Source: Mobula hypostoma (lineage: Eukaryota). From it: a DNA stretch of 64,000 nucleotides. Below are positions 12,243 to 24,380 of this stretch, piece after piece (position 1 is the stretch's first letter; the number at the start of each line of letters is the position of its first letter). Under the pieces are notes generated by a model, which saw only the letters and a list, made by a program, of their open reading frames with translations, made no database searches and was not told the origin of the DNA. The position numbers and the translations under genes are program-made. The stretch is from the NCBI RefSeq assembly GCF_963921235.1, contig NC_086109.1, positions 20,772,001 to 20,836,000 of the forward strand, written 5' to 3'.

Positions 12243-13190
12243 TCAACAGTGAGACTGGTTGCTGATGGGGTGAGTGGCTGGGTGTCTGCTGTGACCTTCG
12301 CCTGGGTTTTCCCCACTTCCTTTTGGACACTGTCTCCAGCCATGTCCCGATAGGCCACAGCTGCAGCATATCAACTCCTTCACTGTCTTGTACCTGGTCC
12401 AGCAGTCCTTTGCTAGGTGCCCTGGCTGCCGGCAGGTAAAACAAACTCTCCGGGACATCACAGCAGCTGCCTCCACTATACTCACTTTATGATTTCTCTT
12501 GCCTTTTCTTTGGTTTATCTCACTGGCCCACGAAATTATCGCAGAGTAGTTGGACCCTACCGTTATGCTTTAATCTAAAACTTCCTGGTGGGCTGAGCTC
12601 AGGCCTGCCTTCAGCATTTTTAGGAAGACTGGGTCATCCCTCCCTGGATTGTCCAACCCTGAATACTCCTCGTATGCTCGATAATTACGTTCACCATAAT
12701 CCATGGCTGTCTCGTCAGCCCTCTGGGTCACTGCCATTATTGTTCCCCAGCTACTCTCGCCTCCCAATAGCTGCTGCCTCACTTCCTCTTTAAAAGAGCG
12801 ATATCTTTCTTCATTACTGGTGCTCCCGGTAGTTGCCCATGTACCATCCCGCACCCCCTGGGCCATCCTGTCCCACATATTCCTCGGGCACTTCACTTTT
12901 ACCAATGCGTGTATATCTTTAGGGTGCATCTGGTGAATTTCAACCATTTCCTCGAGCTTACGCCAGAATTCTGAATTCCCACAGGCGACTTTAAGTGAGG
13001 GCAACTCTGACAAAATGCTCTGTTTCTCCCTGGGGGTGAAGGGCTTATGAGTAGTCGTAATCAAGGTCAAAGGCTGGCTCGGATCATCAGGGTTCTCAAC
13101 CTGACGATGCCTGACCTCAGTAGGTGCCATTCTGGTAGATCTGTTTGGGTAAATCCTCTCCCTGAGATATCCCCACACTAATTCCCACAC
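12243..13190 (-). pseudogene. gag: retroviral gag remnant (capsid MHR plus two CCHC zinc knuckles)
   Basis: MHR-like VTQRADETAMDYGERNY; one in-frame stop at 12570-12572, then CFTCRQPGHLAKDC and CCSCGLSGHGWRQC in the same frame. Confidence 0.85.
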
Positions 13191-13637
13191 TACTCAAAAT
13201 ATCAAAGACGGGTAGCAGTTAAACAGTACATACTTAAAACCGCAGAGTATGTATTCCACAACCTGCCGCTTTTGAGTACCTGAACTCATGGTGCTTGCTG
13301 TATTCCTTTGCATCACACTTGCAAACGCATACACTAAAATGCAGCTCCCCGAATGAGAATACACGCCCCTACTCTGGCATCTCAAACGGTACCGTTGGTT
13401 ACTGCCTTTCGCAACCGGTGGTCCAAGTCTGACCAAGTTAACATGCAAAGATTCATAACTTACATAAGCACACATGCACGCACTACTTTTATAACTACCA
13501 GTTCAGCTCTCCACGTTCGTGATACCTGGTGTCCCGTGCACCACTGACCGAACAGATCCAAGTGTGAGTGTTATCTTAGAAAAATACTCACCAGCTTAGA
13601 CTGCTAGGAACACTGGCCACACGACGGGTCACAAAGT

Positions 13638-13655
13638 ATCCCACTTCTGACACCA
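13638..13655 (-). promoter_or_regulatory. primer-binding site complementary to the tRNA-Leu(CAA) 3' end
   Basis: - strand TGGTGTCAGAAGTGGGAT, 18 nt, starting 2 nt inside the 5' LTR boundary; + strand reads ATCCCACTTCTGACACCA. Confidence 0.88.
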
Positions 13656-13657
13656 AA

Positions 13658-14190
13658 TGTTGTCGCGTGGATGAAATCACCGGAGAGACAGTCACTGGTA
13701 GATACAAAGCAGCTTCTTTATTCAACCCAACAAGGTACAGGCAGAGACGCTTTCAGTAGAAAGGTCTGCTAGCCCAATGTGGGCTCGATGTTTATATGCT
13801 AAACACAAAGGCAATCGCTACTTAAAAAGTTACAGACAATGCTTCCTTTTGAAGCTACATACAAACATCACACCTTCTGACTTCATCTTTTCCTTCTGAC
13901 ACCAACACGTCTGGGTTGGTATCCACAGCCTTTAGGATTGCAAGTTAAATCCACCGTACATTTATTTGGAATTTTACGTGCTAATGTAGAAGACAATTAA
14001 TATTTATAAAGTATAGATAATACTGTCTTCGAAACTACAGCATCTGGTCAAACTACGGCGCCAGAAGCATCTGGTATTCACACCTTTTTAGGAAGTGTAT
14101 TGTTGTGGACTCAATCCACAGTACTTTGTCTGGTGGCCAAAGTCATTTAAGTGTAAATGAATCATCTACCCAGAAAAGCTCACTCTAACA
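13658..14190 (-). repeat. 5' LTR of the provirus
   Basis: TGTT...AACA termini; direct repeat of 8881-9421; 2 nt from the PBS; TATA-like motif and AATAAA on the - strand. Confidence 0.93.
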
Positions 14191-14641
14191 ACCTAATTCT
14201 ACTCTTATGTTTTAAGCTTAACCTGCAGCAGGTCAGTGTGTTGATAAACCACCTGAGTCTTATGCTGTCTCTCAGCACTGCACACTGCTAACTATTCTCT
14301 CTGCCCCCCTCTGACTGCATTGATCTTCCCGGTGATTTCACTGCAACAAGATCAGCAGTGTTGTTTCCTGTTTCCATCATGCCCCATAGAAACAATGGGA
14401 TCTAGCGGCCATTGACACATGAAGCATCCGCTGCTGGCCTCCAGCATTGACTTAGCATGTCCAGTACCAACCCACGGACGCAGTGGTTGGGAGGGATGTT
14501 TATCACACTGGAGACCTGTGACCAATGGTGTGCAGCAGGTTTGTGTGCCGAGTCCACTATTTGTCAACAATTTGGATGAGAATGTAGGTGGCTGAATTAG
14601 TGCGTTTGCGGATGATACCAAAATGAGTGGTATTGTGATTC

Positions 14642-14682
14642 CAGGGATCCCCAACCTAGGGACCCCAGGTTGGGATTCCCTG
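14642..14682. mobile_element. 41-bp hAT-MITE-like palindrome inside a CR1 fragment
   Basis: cagggatccccaacct...aggttgggattccctg. Confidence 0.5.
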
Positions 14683-15712
14683 ATGTAGAAGGTCATCTAA
14701 GGTCACAACAGGATCTAGGTTAACTAGGAAAATGGAAAAAGCAATAGACGAGTGCAATATGATGTATTTTCGGTAGTTAAGCCAGGGCAGCACTTTAAAA
14801 AATTAATGACAATGCCCTGGGAAGTGTTATTCAACAGGGAGACATTAGTAGTACAGATTTCTAGTTCCCTGAAAATGATGACATGGTTAGCCATTCATAT
14901 AATTTCCTTCCACTGCCATTGTCAAATTAACTAGTCTATATCTGCGACATTTAATCCTATTTTCTACCTATCACAGGGAATTCATTTTATTAATCTGATT
15001 TCGACTGGAGATGATCCACAACACTTTTCCTTGATTCATTTTGGGACTGTGTTCTGTAATCACATGCCATTTAATAAAGTATCAATGTCTCGTGCCAGTT
15101 TTTAGAATGAGATTGGTGATTGAATGCTGATACTAAATATATATTTATTAATTTACTAATCAATTTGTCTACAGTAGAGTGCATTGCTGAAGTAATTTAT
15201 TGATTACAAAGCTTTGTGTTATTTCAAGGGAATGGAAGGTGAACCATAAACGTATCTGATCCATATCAGTGACAACTGATTGATAAACTTGTCACCATGC
15301 CACTTACTAGCCAGACTCTTGCAGAGAGAGAAATCGCCTAGTGAGAGGCTGATGAGAGAGATGACGAACAAATTCAATAATAGACACTGAGGAACATAGT
15401 GCAGAATTGTATGCTACAACTTGTTGACTTGAATGATGAAAATCAGAAATGTGCAGATGCTGAAAGTCTGAAATAAATATAGAAAATATTGTGTGCATTC
15501 TGTAGGTCTGGCAGCATCTGTGTGCAGATGAACAGCATTAATGTTTCAAGTCAAAGATGAAACTTATTCATCCTGCAGAGTATTTTCAGCATTTTCGGCT
15601 TTTATTGCTAAACTACGATGTTGGGAAGAAGGTTTCAAAACAAAATTTGAGTTAATTGTCATCTTGTATGAAGTAGAATTACTAATGACATATATTTCTG
15701 GTTTGATTATAG

Positions 15713-15776
15713 GTGCAAATTGCCACCAATTTCATCACTCATGCACCACCAGGAGAGTTCAATGAAGTATTTAATG
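15713..15776 (+). CDS. capza: F-actin capping protein alpha (CAPZA family), coding exon 2 (64 nt)
   Basis: ttatag acceptor and gtaagt donor; translates VQIATNFITHAPPGEFNEVFN, containing the CAPZA motif HAPPGEFNEVFND. Confidence 0.96.
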
Positions 15777-16599
15777 GTAAGTCAATGAAAATATACTTGT
15801 TTTTTGTTTTGTAACCTTTAAATTGCTAGTTTGATTGTAAGATACATACAGTTGTACATATATTCTGTGTGCCTTTGGCAGTGTGAACCATAAGAATTCT
15901 TCATTAGTCCAGTGCTGAAGGGTTGCTTACTGTGGAATCTGGAACAAATGTTTTTATTCATTACGTTCTTCAGCTGGCCTATTGATTTTGTTCATTAAGC
16001 AGGCAGTTTCAGGATGTCTTCAGCCAAATCATTTGAAGAGAAATAGGCTAGTGTTTCTTGGATTGCCATTGGTACCAACAGACCATGATTAACAGTTCAG
16101 GTGACCATAAATGCACTTGTCAGTAACTTAATGACCGAGATCTGTGGCTTATATTGAATTAGTTGACCTTATTCAGCAGACTAGTAGCCTGAAACAGGAA
16201 TCAACCAAATGTCTTGCTATATAAAAGGCAGAATACGTATAATCTACAGTACAATTTAAGCTGCTTTTAAAGTCTGAATTAGAGTAATCCATGCTGTTAA
16301 GTCACCATTCCCATTATCTCAAGCACTGATGACATATTAGGTTCATGGGGTTATCACCATAGGAGGCTCGTTGAGCCATTGAATTGCAGCATGGTTACAG
16401 CATGGTAAGAGGCTGTTCGGTCCACTCTGTACAGGCTCTGTGCAATACCATTCCAGCTAGTTCCACACCCCTAGCCCCCGCCTTCTCCCCCTAGCTCTGC
16501 AAGTTCTTTTCCAGCTCATTTCTGAATGCTACAATTTAATCTGTCTCCACTATAATCCCTGCCTGTGCTTTTCAGAGCTTTACAAATCACTGTTTTAGA

Positions 16600-18335
16600 A
16601 AAAAAACTTTGTGGTTCTACTAACATCATGAATGGCTATGATGTTTCACTGCAGATAAGTTCAAAGCCTTTTTATGCACACTTTGAAAGGGAGAATAGAA
16701 CTACACCTGTGCAAATCCCTGGAGCATCTGGAGACCCTGTAATCTCTGTCTCGGAAGCCAGTGGTAGGATGTCAGGCCCTGATGGTGTACCTGGTAGGGC
16801 CATGAAAACCTGTGCAGACCAACTGGTGGGAGTGTTCAAGGACATCTTCAATCTCTCATGACTGCAGTTGGTAGTTCCCACCTGCTTCAAAAGGGCAACA
16901 AACATACCAGAGTGCGAGAATTGCATTTAACAACTATCGGCCAGTGGCACTCGCATCTACTGTGATGAAGTGCTTTGAGAGGTTGATCATGGTTAGAATC
17001 AACTCCTGCAGCATGGACGTGCAATTTGTCCAACAACCCAATAGGTCCGTAGCAGATGGAATCTCACTGGCTCTCCACTTGGCCTTGGATCACCTGGACA
17101 ATAGTAATACCTACTTCAGGCTGCTGTTTATTGGTTACGTTCAACACAGTTGACTAGCTCCAAAACCTGGGTCTCTGCAACTGGATCCTTGACTCCATCA
17201 CTGGGAGATCACAGTCTGCGGAAATAACATCTCCTTCTTACTGCTATACTCTCCTCTGCATACAAGATTGTGTGGTGAAGCACAGCTCAAGCTCCATTCT
17301 TTAAATTTGCCGATGACATAACTGTTGTTGGCAGAATTTCAGATGGTGATGAGGCTTACAAGAGTGAGATAGATTTGCTGGTTGAGTGATCTCATAACAA
17401 CAACCTTGAACTCAACATCAGTGAGACCAAGGAATTGATTGTGCACTTCAGGATGTGGAAGTCAAGGGAACACACACCAGTCGTCTTTGAAGAATCAGTA
17501 ATGGAAAGGGTGAGCAGTTTCAAGTTCCTGGATATCAGCATCTCGGAAGATCTATCCTGGGCCCAACATATTGATGCAATCACAAAGAGGTCACGAAAGT
17601 GGCTATTTTCCATTAGGAGTTTGAGGAGACTTGGTATGTATCAAGGAGAGCATTTTAACTGGCTGGTATCACCGTCTGGTGTGGAGGGCCACTGCACAGG
17701 ATCAGAAAAAAACTACAGAAAGTTGTAAACACTAGCCATCTCCATCATAGCCTCTAGCCTTCCCAGCATCCAGGACATCTTCAAAAGGTGATGCCTCAAA
17801 AAGGCTGCATCCATCATTAAGGAACCCCGTGACCCTGGGGATGGCATGGTAACGTAGTAGTCAGCACAATGTTTTACAGTACCAGTAGCTCGGGTCAATT
17901 CCCTCCTTTGTCCATAAGGAGTTTTTAAGTTCTCCCCATGACTGCGTGGGTCTCCTGCGGGTACTCTGGATTTGTCCTACTGTCCAAAGATGTGCTGGTT
18001 AGTAGGTTAATTGGCCATTGTAAATTGTACTGTGATTAGGCTTGGATTAAATCGGAGGTGCTGGGCGGTGTGGCCAGAAGGGTCTATTCCGTGCTGTATC
18101 TCAATAAATAAATATATATATGTCATCTTCCCATTGCTTCATCAGATTTCTAAATGGACATTGAACCCAGAAACATTACCTTACTTTTTTTCCACTCTCT
18201 TTTTGCACTATTTAATTAATTTAATTTTTATACATATATTCATTGTAACTTAGTTTTTTTCAAATTATGTGTTACAATGTACTGCAGCCACAAAATAACT
18301 AATTTCATGTACCTGTGATATTAAAACTGATTCTG
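16600..18335 (+). mobile_element. Rex1/Babar-like LINE 3' portion, decayed, with a SINE inserted
   Basis: [44 protein letters not shown] motifs; tail ctgattctg. Confidence 0.8.
17841..18118 (+). mobile_element. tRNA-derived HE1/V-type SINE
   Basis: A/B-box-like head, V-domain ctgcgtgggtctcctgcgggtactctgg, tail gtgctgtatctcaataaataaa. Confidence 0.72.
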
Positions 18336-21300
18336 TTTCCTCTGTAAGCTTGCCCAGTCAGTCCCCACTGATGTTATAGGCTTGCAAGTCTATTGCCGTC
18401 AAGTATTTATCAAATTCTCTTTTGAATGTTAGTGTTCAGTCAGGAAGCAATCCTATCTTTTGTGAAACAGTTCACTACTCTACAGGCTTACCTGACACCC
18501 ACCTCTCGTTCTCATGACACTATTCCAGTCTTGACTCTATTCCACACCATTGGGTGTCCCTTCTGTTCCTTTCCTTGCTTTCAGTTGTGCTGACATCAAC
18601 GATTCATCAAACTCACTTTACCTTTGTGTCCCAGTTAACTATTCGCCCATTTACAATCTTTCCTCCCAGAACTTGAATTAATTAGCTCATCCTAAAGCAT
18701 AGAAAGTTATAGCAGGTGGTGGTCATATAATCCATTGATTTTGTGCTATCGAAGAATAAAGCTGTTCAAAATAATGCCATTTTCCAGCTTTCGATGCATA
18801 ACCTTGTATCTCATGGATCATTAAGTGTTTCATCTAAGCACTTTTGACTTTTGAACTTGGTCAGGAATTCTCTCTGAAAACACCCCTTTCATGCAATATG
18901 CTACAGACCTGCAAATACTCTTAAAATGAAAAAGCTATTTTTCTCTTTTTTTACCTTAAAACTAAGCCAACTGGTTATTCACGTCTTTGTTTCAAAGAAT
19001 CTACCCTGCCCATTTTGGTTAATGTTGTTATCAATATGTGCCAGTGTTTTCTCCAAATCTGTCTTCACATCTCCTTGGATAGACTGCTGCTCCTGCTGCT
19101 AATGTTGAATTACCAACAGCACAATGTGATTATAACCACATTGTGCACTATCCCACACCCTTCTGATATTTGGCACAGATGACCACCTCCAATTCCTCTC
19201 CTCCATTTTTAAAGTTGTGAGTGTGCCTCCTCTAATTCATCTGATTTATCCAGTCATACTTGTACAGTCTAGTTGTCATTTTTGTAAACAACAGATTAAC
19301 TCACAAATATCAAGCTTCCTTCCAGTTTAGAAGATTTGTGCACGCTCTGCAGCTTCTCAAATTCATGCTTATTTATAAAGTAATATCTTGTATATGTGAA
19401 AGCAGATTTATTTACTGTAATCCCATTATGTGAGTGACCTTAAGCCTGTTATATACTAATCGGATGTTCTGTTGAAAGTGTGACTTTCCAGGTGTTTTTG
19501 AACATTGTGGAATTTAGCAACCAAAGTTGGCTGATGGTATATGTGTATGGTCAACCTCAAGTGGGAAAGCCATGAATTTTTGCCACAATGTTTGAAAAGT
19601 AAAACTGTAATTGCAAGAAGTGCAAAACATATAAAGTAGTAGCTGAAAAGTGGAAGAAACAGGGTTAGTAGTCAGCCATTCCACTGCTCAAACCTGCTCC
19701 ACCATTCCATAACATAATGTCTAATCCATCTTCCCACCCCATTTCATTACCATCAAACCCTTAAAGTTAAACATCTCGTGTATTTCTATTAGAATGCATT
19801 CTTGGATTCTGCCCCCATGGCTTTCTGGGGTAGGGAATTCCAAAGATTGTTTATTTAATTGAAAGAAGAAATTCTTCCTTATTTCAGTCTTAAATTTGTT
19901 CCCCCTTATTTTGTGATTGTCCTTCCCAGTCCTTCCGGGAATGGAAATGGCCTCCCATCGTTTACCCTATCATTCTTGTTTCATTAGGTTGGTCGTACTT
20001 CTAAGCTCAAATGCATCCAAACCCTGTTTATCCTTTCCTCAATATAATCCTTCATATCCAGGATCATCATGGTGAAGCTCCTCTGAGCTATCTACAGTGA
20101 TAATAAATTGTGGACCAAAATTCTACTGTTGCCGTGTATGGTTGTGGTAAGATGTTACTGCTTTTGTACTCCAAGCCCTATCGTCCTGTGCACTTAGGAG
20201 TTCAAATATTTTAGACAGAGTAATCATCTCGAGAGGAAGTTTCAGGATCACTTCCTCTACCGTTTCAGCAAATGGAACACTGTCTATACTTGTCACGGTC
20301 AAAAACTCTATTTTTTAATTCTCAGGATTGCAATGCTGTACTGGCAGTTACTAAATTGCTTTGCTAGATTTAACTTAGGAACTATGTTGCAAGCAAAGTG
20401 ATTCTTTAAAAAACAAAAGGTTATGAATTATAATTATTAGATTGACACAGTCATCTTTGGAAGGGTGCACTGTTAGAGACACGTGAAACATTCAAACAAG
20501 GTCCCGGGATTGTTTTTTTCATTTTTAGACCAAATATTTTATTTGTTTCTTTATGGAAAGCAACCAAGTTATGTTGGTGCCCTCATTAGTTTCCTCCTCT
20601 TGAATGCTTCTTGAATCGCAGTGTCTGGGGATTCATTTATTTCCTGTTTATGCAGTCTTTTTGCATGCATGTTGGTTGCTGTGCTTTTCTGCACAAGTGA
20701 AGCTCCTAAAGAACAATAAAAGCTCTATTATCTGACATGCACCACAGTTAACTGTATTTTAAATCATTATCCTTGTTTTCAAATCCATCAGTGGCCTCAG
20801 CATTTACTGTCCTTCATCCTGACAACCCGGTATGATACCCAACTTCAACAACTGCTTCCTAAATTTAGCTGATTTATTTGTTCTTCCTTTGCTGTCTATG
20901 CCTTCGACTGCATGGCACTGATGCCATTTGGAATTTTCTAAACTTAGTTTCTCTCTTAGAACTTTGTAATAGCCCAGGTATTTTGCACAAATACAGTGGA
21001 TTCCGGTTAATTGGGACACATTGAGCCCAGTACATTTTGGCCTAATTAAGCATGCCCTAATTAGCAGAAGCTGATGGGAATAGTTTAAAAAGATGTAAAT
21101 ATATATAGACAAACTATCATTTAACTGAGTAACAAATTATGTATTTCAATGAATTAGAATTGGGTTTAATATCACCAGCATATGTTATGAAATTTAACTT
21201 TGCAGCAGCAGTACAATGCAATACATGATAATACAGGAAAAACTGAATTAAAGTAAATGTATATGTATATCAAATAGTTAAATTAGTAGTGCAAAAACAT

Positions 21301-21784
21301 AAATGAAAAAATGTAGTGAGGTAGGGTTCGTTGTTTCAATGTCCATTCGGAAATCGGGTGGCAGAGGGAAATAAGCTGTTGCTGAATAGCTGAGTGTGTG
21401 CCTTCAGGTTTCTGTACCTCCTCTGTAATGGTAACTGTGTGAAGAGGACATGTACTGGGTGGTGGGGCTCCTTAATGGATGGACACTGCCTTTTTGAGGC
21501 ACCACTTCTTGAAGATGTGTTGGATACTATGTTGACTAGTACCCATGATGGAGCTGACTAGTTTTACAACTTTCTGCAGCTTACTTCGATCCTTTGCAGT
21601 AACCCCCCTCCCCCACCCCCGCCATACGAGATGGTGATGTAGCCAATTAGAATACTCTCCACAATACATCTGCAGAACTGTTCAAGTGTTTTAGGTAACG
21701 TTCCAAAACTCCTCAAACTCCTAATGAAATATAACCGCCATATTACAGAACAAATTAGAACACTACCAATACTACTACAGTGTG

Positions 21785-22240
21785 TTGGGTGTCTGTTGTT
21801 TCCTACTATGATATAACCTGTGCGGGGAGGAGTTCCACAGTGAAAAGCCATTGCACTGGGGCAGTCCCACTCTCTTGGCCTCAAAAACCTTGGTCCAGTG
21901 GTATGAGAAACTGCAGACTTCCTTGGCTGCAGTGGATAGCCATGACGGCTGTGCCTTGTCTGCCTTGGCTGTTGGATCTTGTAGTTGATCTCGTCCTCCC
22001 AGTCCACCGGAACTGACTTTGCATGCTGCGTTCAGCAGGATCGGAGGCTCTGGGCTGCCCTCTCCTGGTTTATCCCGCGTGACGAACAGTGTACTGGGGT
22101 GTGGCCACTGTCACAAGCAAACAATTACTTGGAGCCATTGGTGAGAGCTGGGAGCAGATGTGAACTAAAGGTGGATGAGCTGCCCCTCGGTGGAGCACAA
22201 CAAAGCCAAGGGAGGGGAAGCTCTATAAAACAACTAGTTC
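21785..22240 (-). repeat. unclassified ~500-bp interspersed repeat, copy A
   Basis: Reverse-complement similarity to 23840-24380 and direct similarity to 56033-56535. Confidence 0.6.
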
Positions 22241-22246
22241 CTAATA

Positions 22247-23834
22247 CAGGTGTTGCCCGCTTTTCGAACGTTTGCTTTATGAAACCTCACTGTTATGAAA
22301 GACCTACATTAGTACCCTGTTCTCGCTTTCAGAAGGTGTTTTCACTGTTACGAAGAAAGGCAGCGTGCGATAAAAAATCGGCATGCGAAAAAATCTGCGA
22401 GCAATATAAGGCAGCATGCACCCCGAGCAGCTGCTCGTCCCCGGATTCGGAACGGCATTGCTTAAACACGAGCCTGTGAGCAGACATTTGCAAGATGAGT
22501 TCTATGGTGTCGGAAAAGCCGGAAAGAGCTCGTAAGGGTGTAAAACTAGACATAATTAAGCGTTTCGATCGTGGTGAATGAAGCAAGGACAAAGTGAGTT
22601 TGGCTTGTGGAAGCTGATGAGGATGATGTTGAAGAGGTTTTGGCATCCCATGACCAAGAACTGATAGAAGAAGAGCTGATGCAATTGGAAGAGGGAAGGA
22701 TAACAATCGAAACCGAATTCAACCGAATGCAGAAAGTGAAGCAACTGTGTGAGATTTTCCCTGCAATGATAAAGTATGACTTTAATTTTGAAAGGGTACG
22801 TAGGTTTAGGGGATATTTGGAGGATGTTTACAAACAACTGTGTGATATAAAAGTGCTCGAGGCTCAGTTGTCAAGTAAGCCTTCCACATCAGCCACAGCA
22901 GACGACGAACCTCGATCTTCGACATTGCGGCGGGCAGTCATAGGAGAAGATGAGCTGCCTGCCCTGATGAGATGACGCCCTCATGTCCCACCGCCCCAAC
23001 CCCCAGGCCCCAGACTTATACTTGTACATTTGCGGAGAATGTGGGGGTAGCCGAGAGGCACACAGCACATCTTTAAGAAAAAAGCTGAAATAAACATGCT
23101 AATTAATTAGGTGCCACCTAGCACGTAATTGTCGGCCCAGATCAGTACCGATGCAATCGCCTCTGAATTGCGCTGACATTTACGTGCTAGGCAGCACTTA
23201 ATTAATTAGTATGCTTATTTCGGCTTTTTTCTTAACGATGTGCTGTGTGCTTCCCAGCTACCCCTGCATGCTTCGCGGCAATGTATCCGGTCGGCGGCCC
23301 GGAGGGTGGGGGCCACTGCATCACCTAGCCTGTGATGACTCAGTCTAACACACCATCATCAGTGTGCTCGATGTCTTCCCAATTCCCGTAAGGGATACTA
23401 CACTGTACATACATTATTTCTACTTTATATAGGCTGTGTATTTTAATGTGTTATTTGGTAGATTTGGCAGCTTCATAGTTTAAAGGTTACTGGAGAGTGC
23501 GTTTATGCCAACAGCGCTTGCATGAGATTTTCTGCCGAGAGCGCTTGCGTGAGATTTTCTCTACGGAGATCTGTGCAGGCAGTCATTGTCGAGAAGTATT
23601 TCTACTTCATATAGGCTGTGTATTTATCATATCATTCCTGCTTTTACTATATGTTACTGTTATTTTAGGTTTTACGTGTTATTTGGCATGATTTGGTAGG
23701 TCATTTTTGGGTCTGCGAACGCTCACAAAATTTTCCCATATAAATAAATGGTAATTGCTTCTTCGCTTTACGACATTTCGGCTTACGAACCGTTTCATAG
23801 GAACGCTCTACCTTTGGATGGCGGGGGAAACCTG
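22247..23834 (+). mobile_element. internally deleted Tigger/pogo transposon
   Basis: TA-flanked imperfect TIRs caggtgttgcccgc and gcgggggaaacctg; remnants of the transposase N-terminus (IIKRFDRGE) and acidic C-terminus (EADEDDVEEVLASHDQELIEEELMQL). Confidence 0.8.
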
Positions 23835-23839
23835 TAGTT

Positions 23840-24380
23840 ATTGACAGAGGAATTCATCCAAGTATGCTGTCATGTGTGGGGTGCCCAGGGATAACAATTC
23901 AGTGAAGGGCTTGTCCTGTCTTTTCTGGACCGACTCATTCACCTTTGGTCCCCACTGGACACACAGCTCGCATCTGTGGCTCCAAGTAGCTGTTTGCATG
24001 CGACAGCAGCCACGCTCCAGTACACCACTTTGACAGACAGGTTAGCCGGCGGACCTTGTATCCTGGTGAAATATGCCTGCCCTACCACGTGAAATCAGCT
24101 CTGGCGGACTGGGCGGATGAAGTGAACAGTGAGATCCAATGACCAAGAAGGCGGTTCTGCCATGCTTCATGGGGAGTGAAGGGCATGATATGGCACAGAA
24201 GAAATCATGATTATTCACTGCAGCCAAGGAAAACCCCAGTTTGTGATGACTACTCATACTATGGACCCGGACTATTGAGGCCAAGAGATTGGAACTGTCT
24301 CAGTGTAATGGCTTTTCCACTTTAAAAACTCTCCTGCATAGTTTTCACTGTCATCCTCAGGATGCAATAGACAACCAACA
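23840..24380 (+). repeat. unclassified ~500-bp interspersed repeat, copy B
   Basis: Shares blocks such as cctttggtccccact and gtggctccaagtagctgtttgc with copies A and C; ends gacaaccaac. Confidence 0.6.

Larger units (their letters stand above)
8881..14190 (-). mobile_element. endogenous retrovirus-like LTR element (LTR-gag-pro-IN-LTR; RT/RNaseH and env absent), decayed
   Basis: Two ~540-bp direct repeats, PBS, PPT, 4-bp flanks atct/acct, and gag MHR/zinc knuckles, DTGA protease and integrase motifs; splits a CR1 3' tail that resumes at 14191. Confidence 0.93.

Noticed and set aside
13638..13655. tRNA-Leu gene
   Set aside because: Only the 3' 18 nt including CCA are present, next to an LTR, so this is a primer-binding site.
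22607..22975. Domesticated TIGD-like gene
   Set aside because: Only the acidic C-terminal fragment is present, inside a TIR-bounded element lacking the DDE core.
21785..24380. Single foldback transposon with ~500-bp TIRs
   Set aside because: The same unit occurs alone at 56033-56535 with a simple-repeat tail, and the arms are quite diverged, so two retroposed copies are more likely. Not fully excluded.
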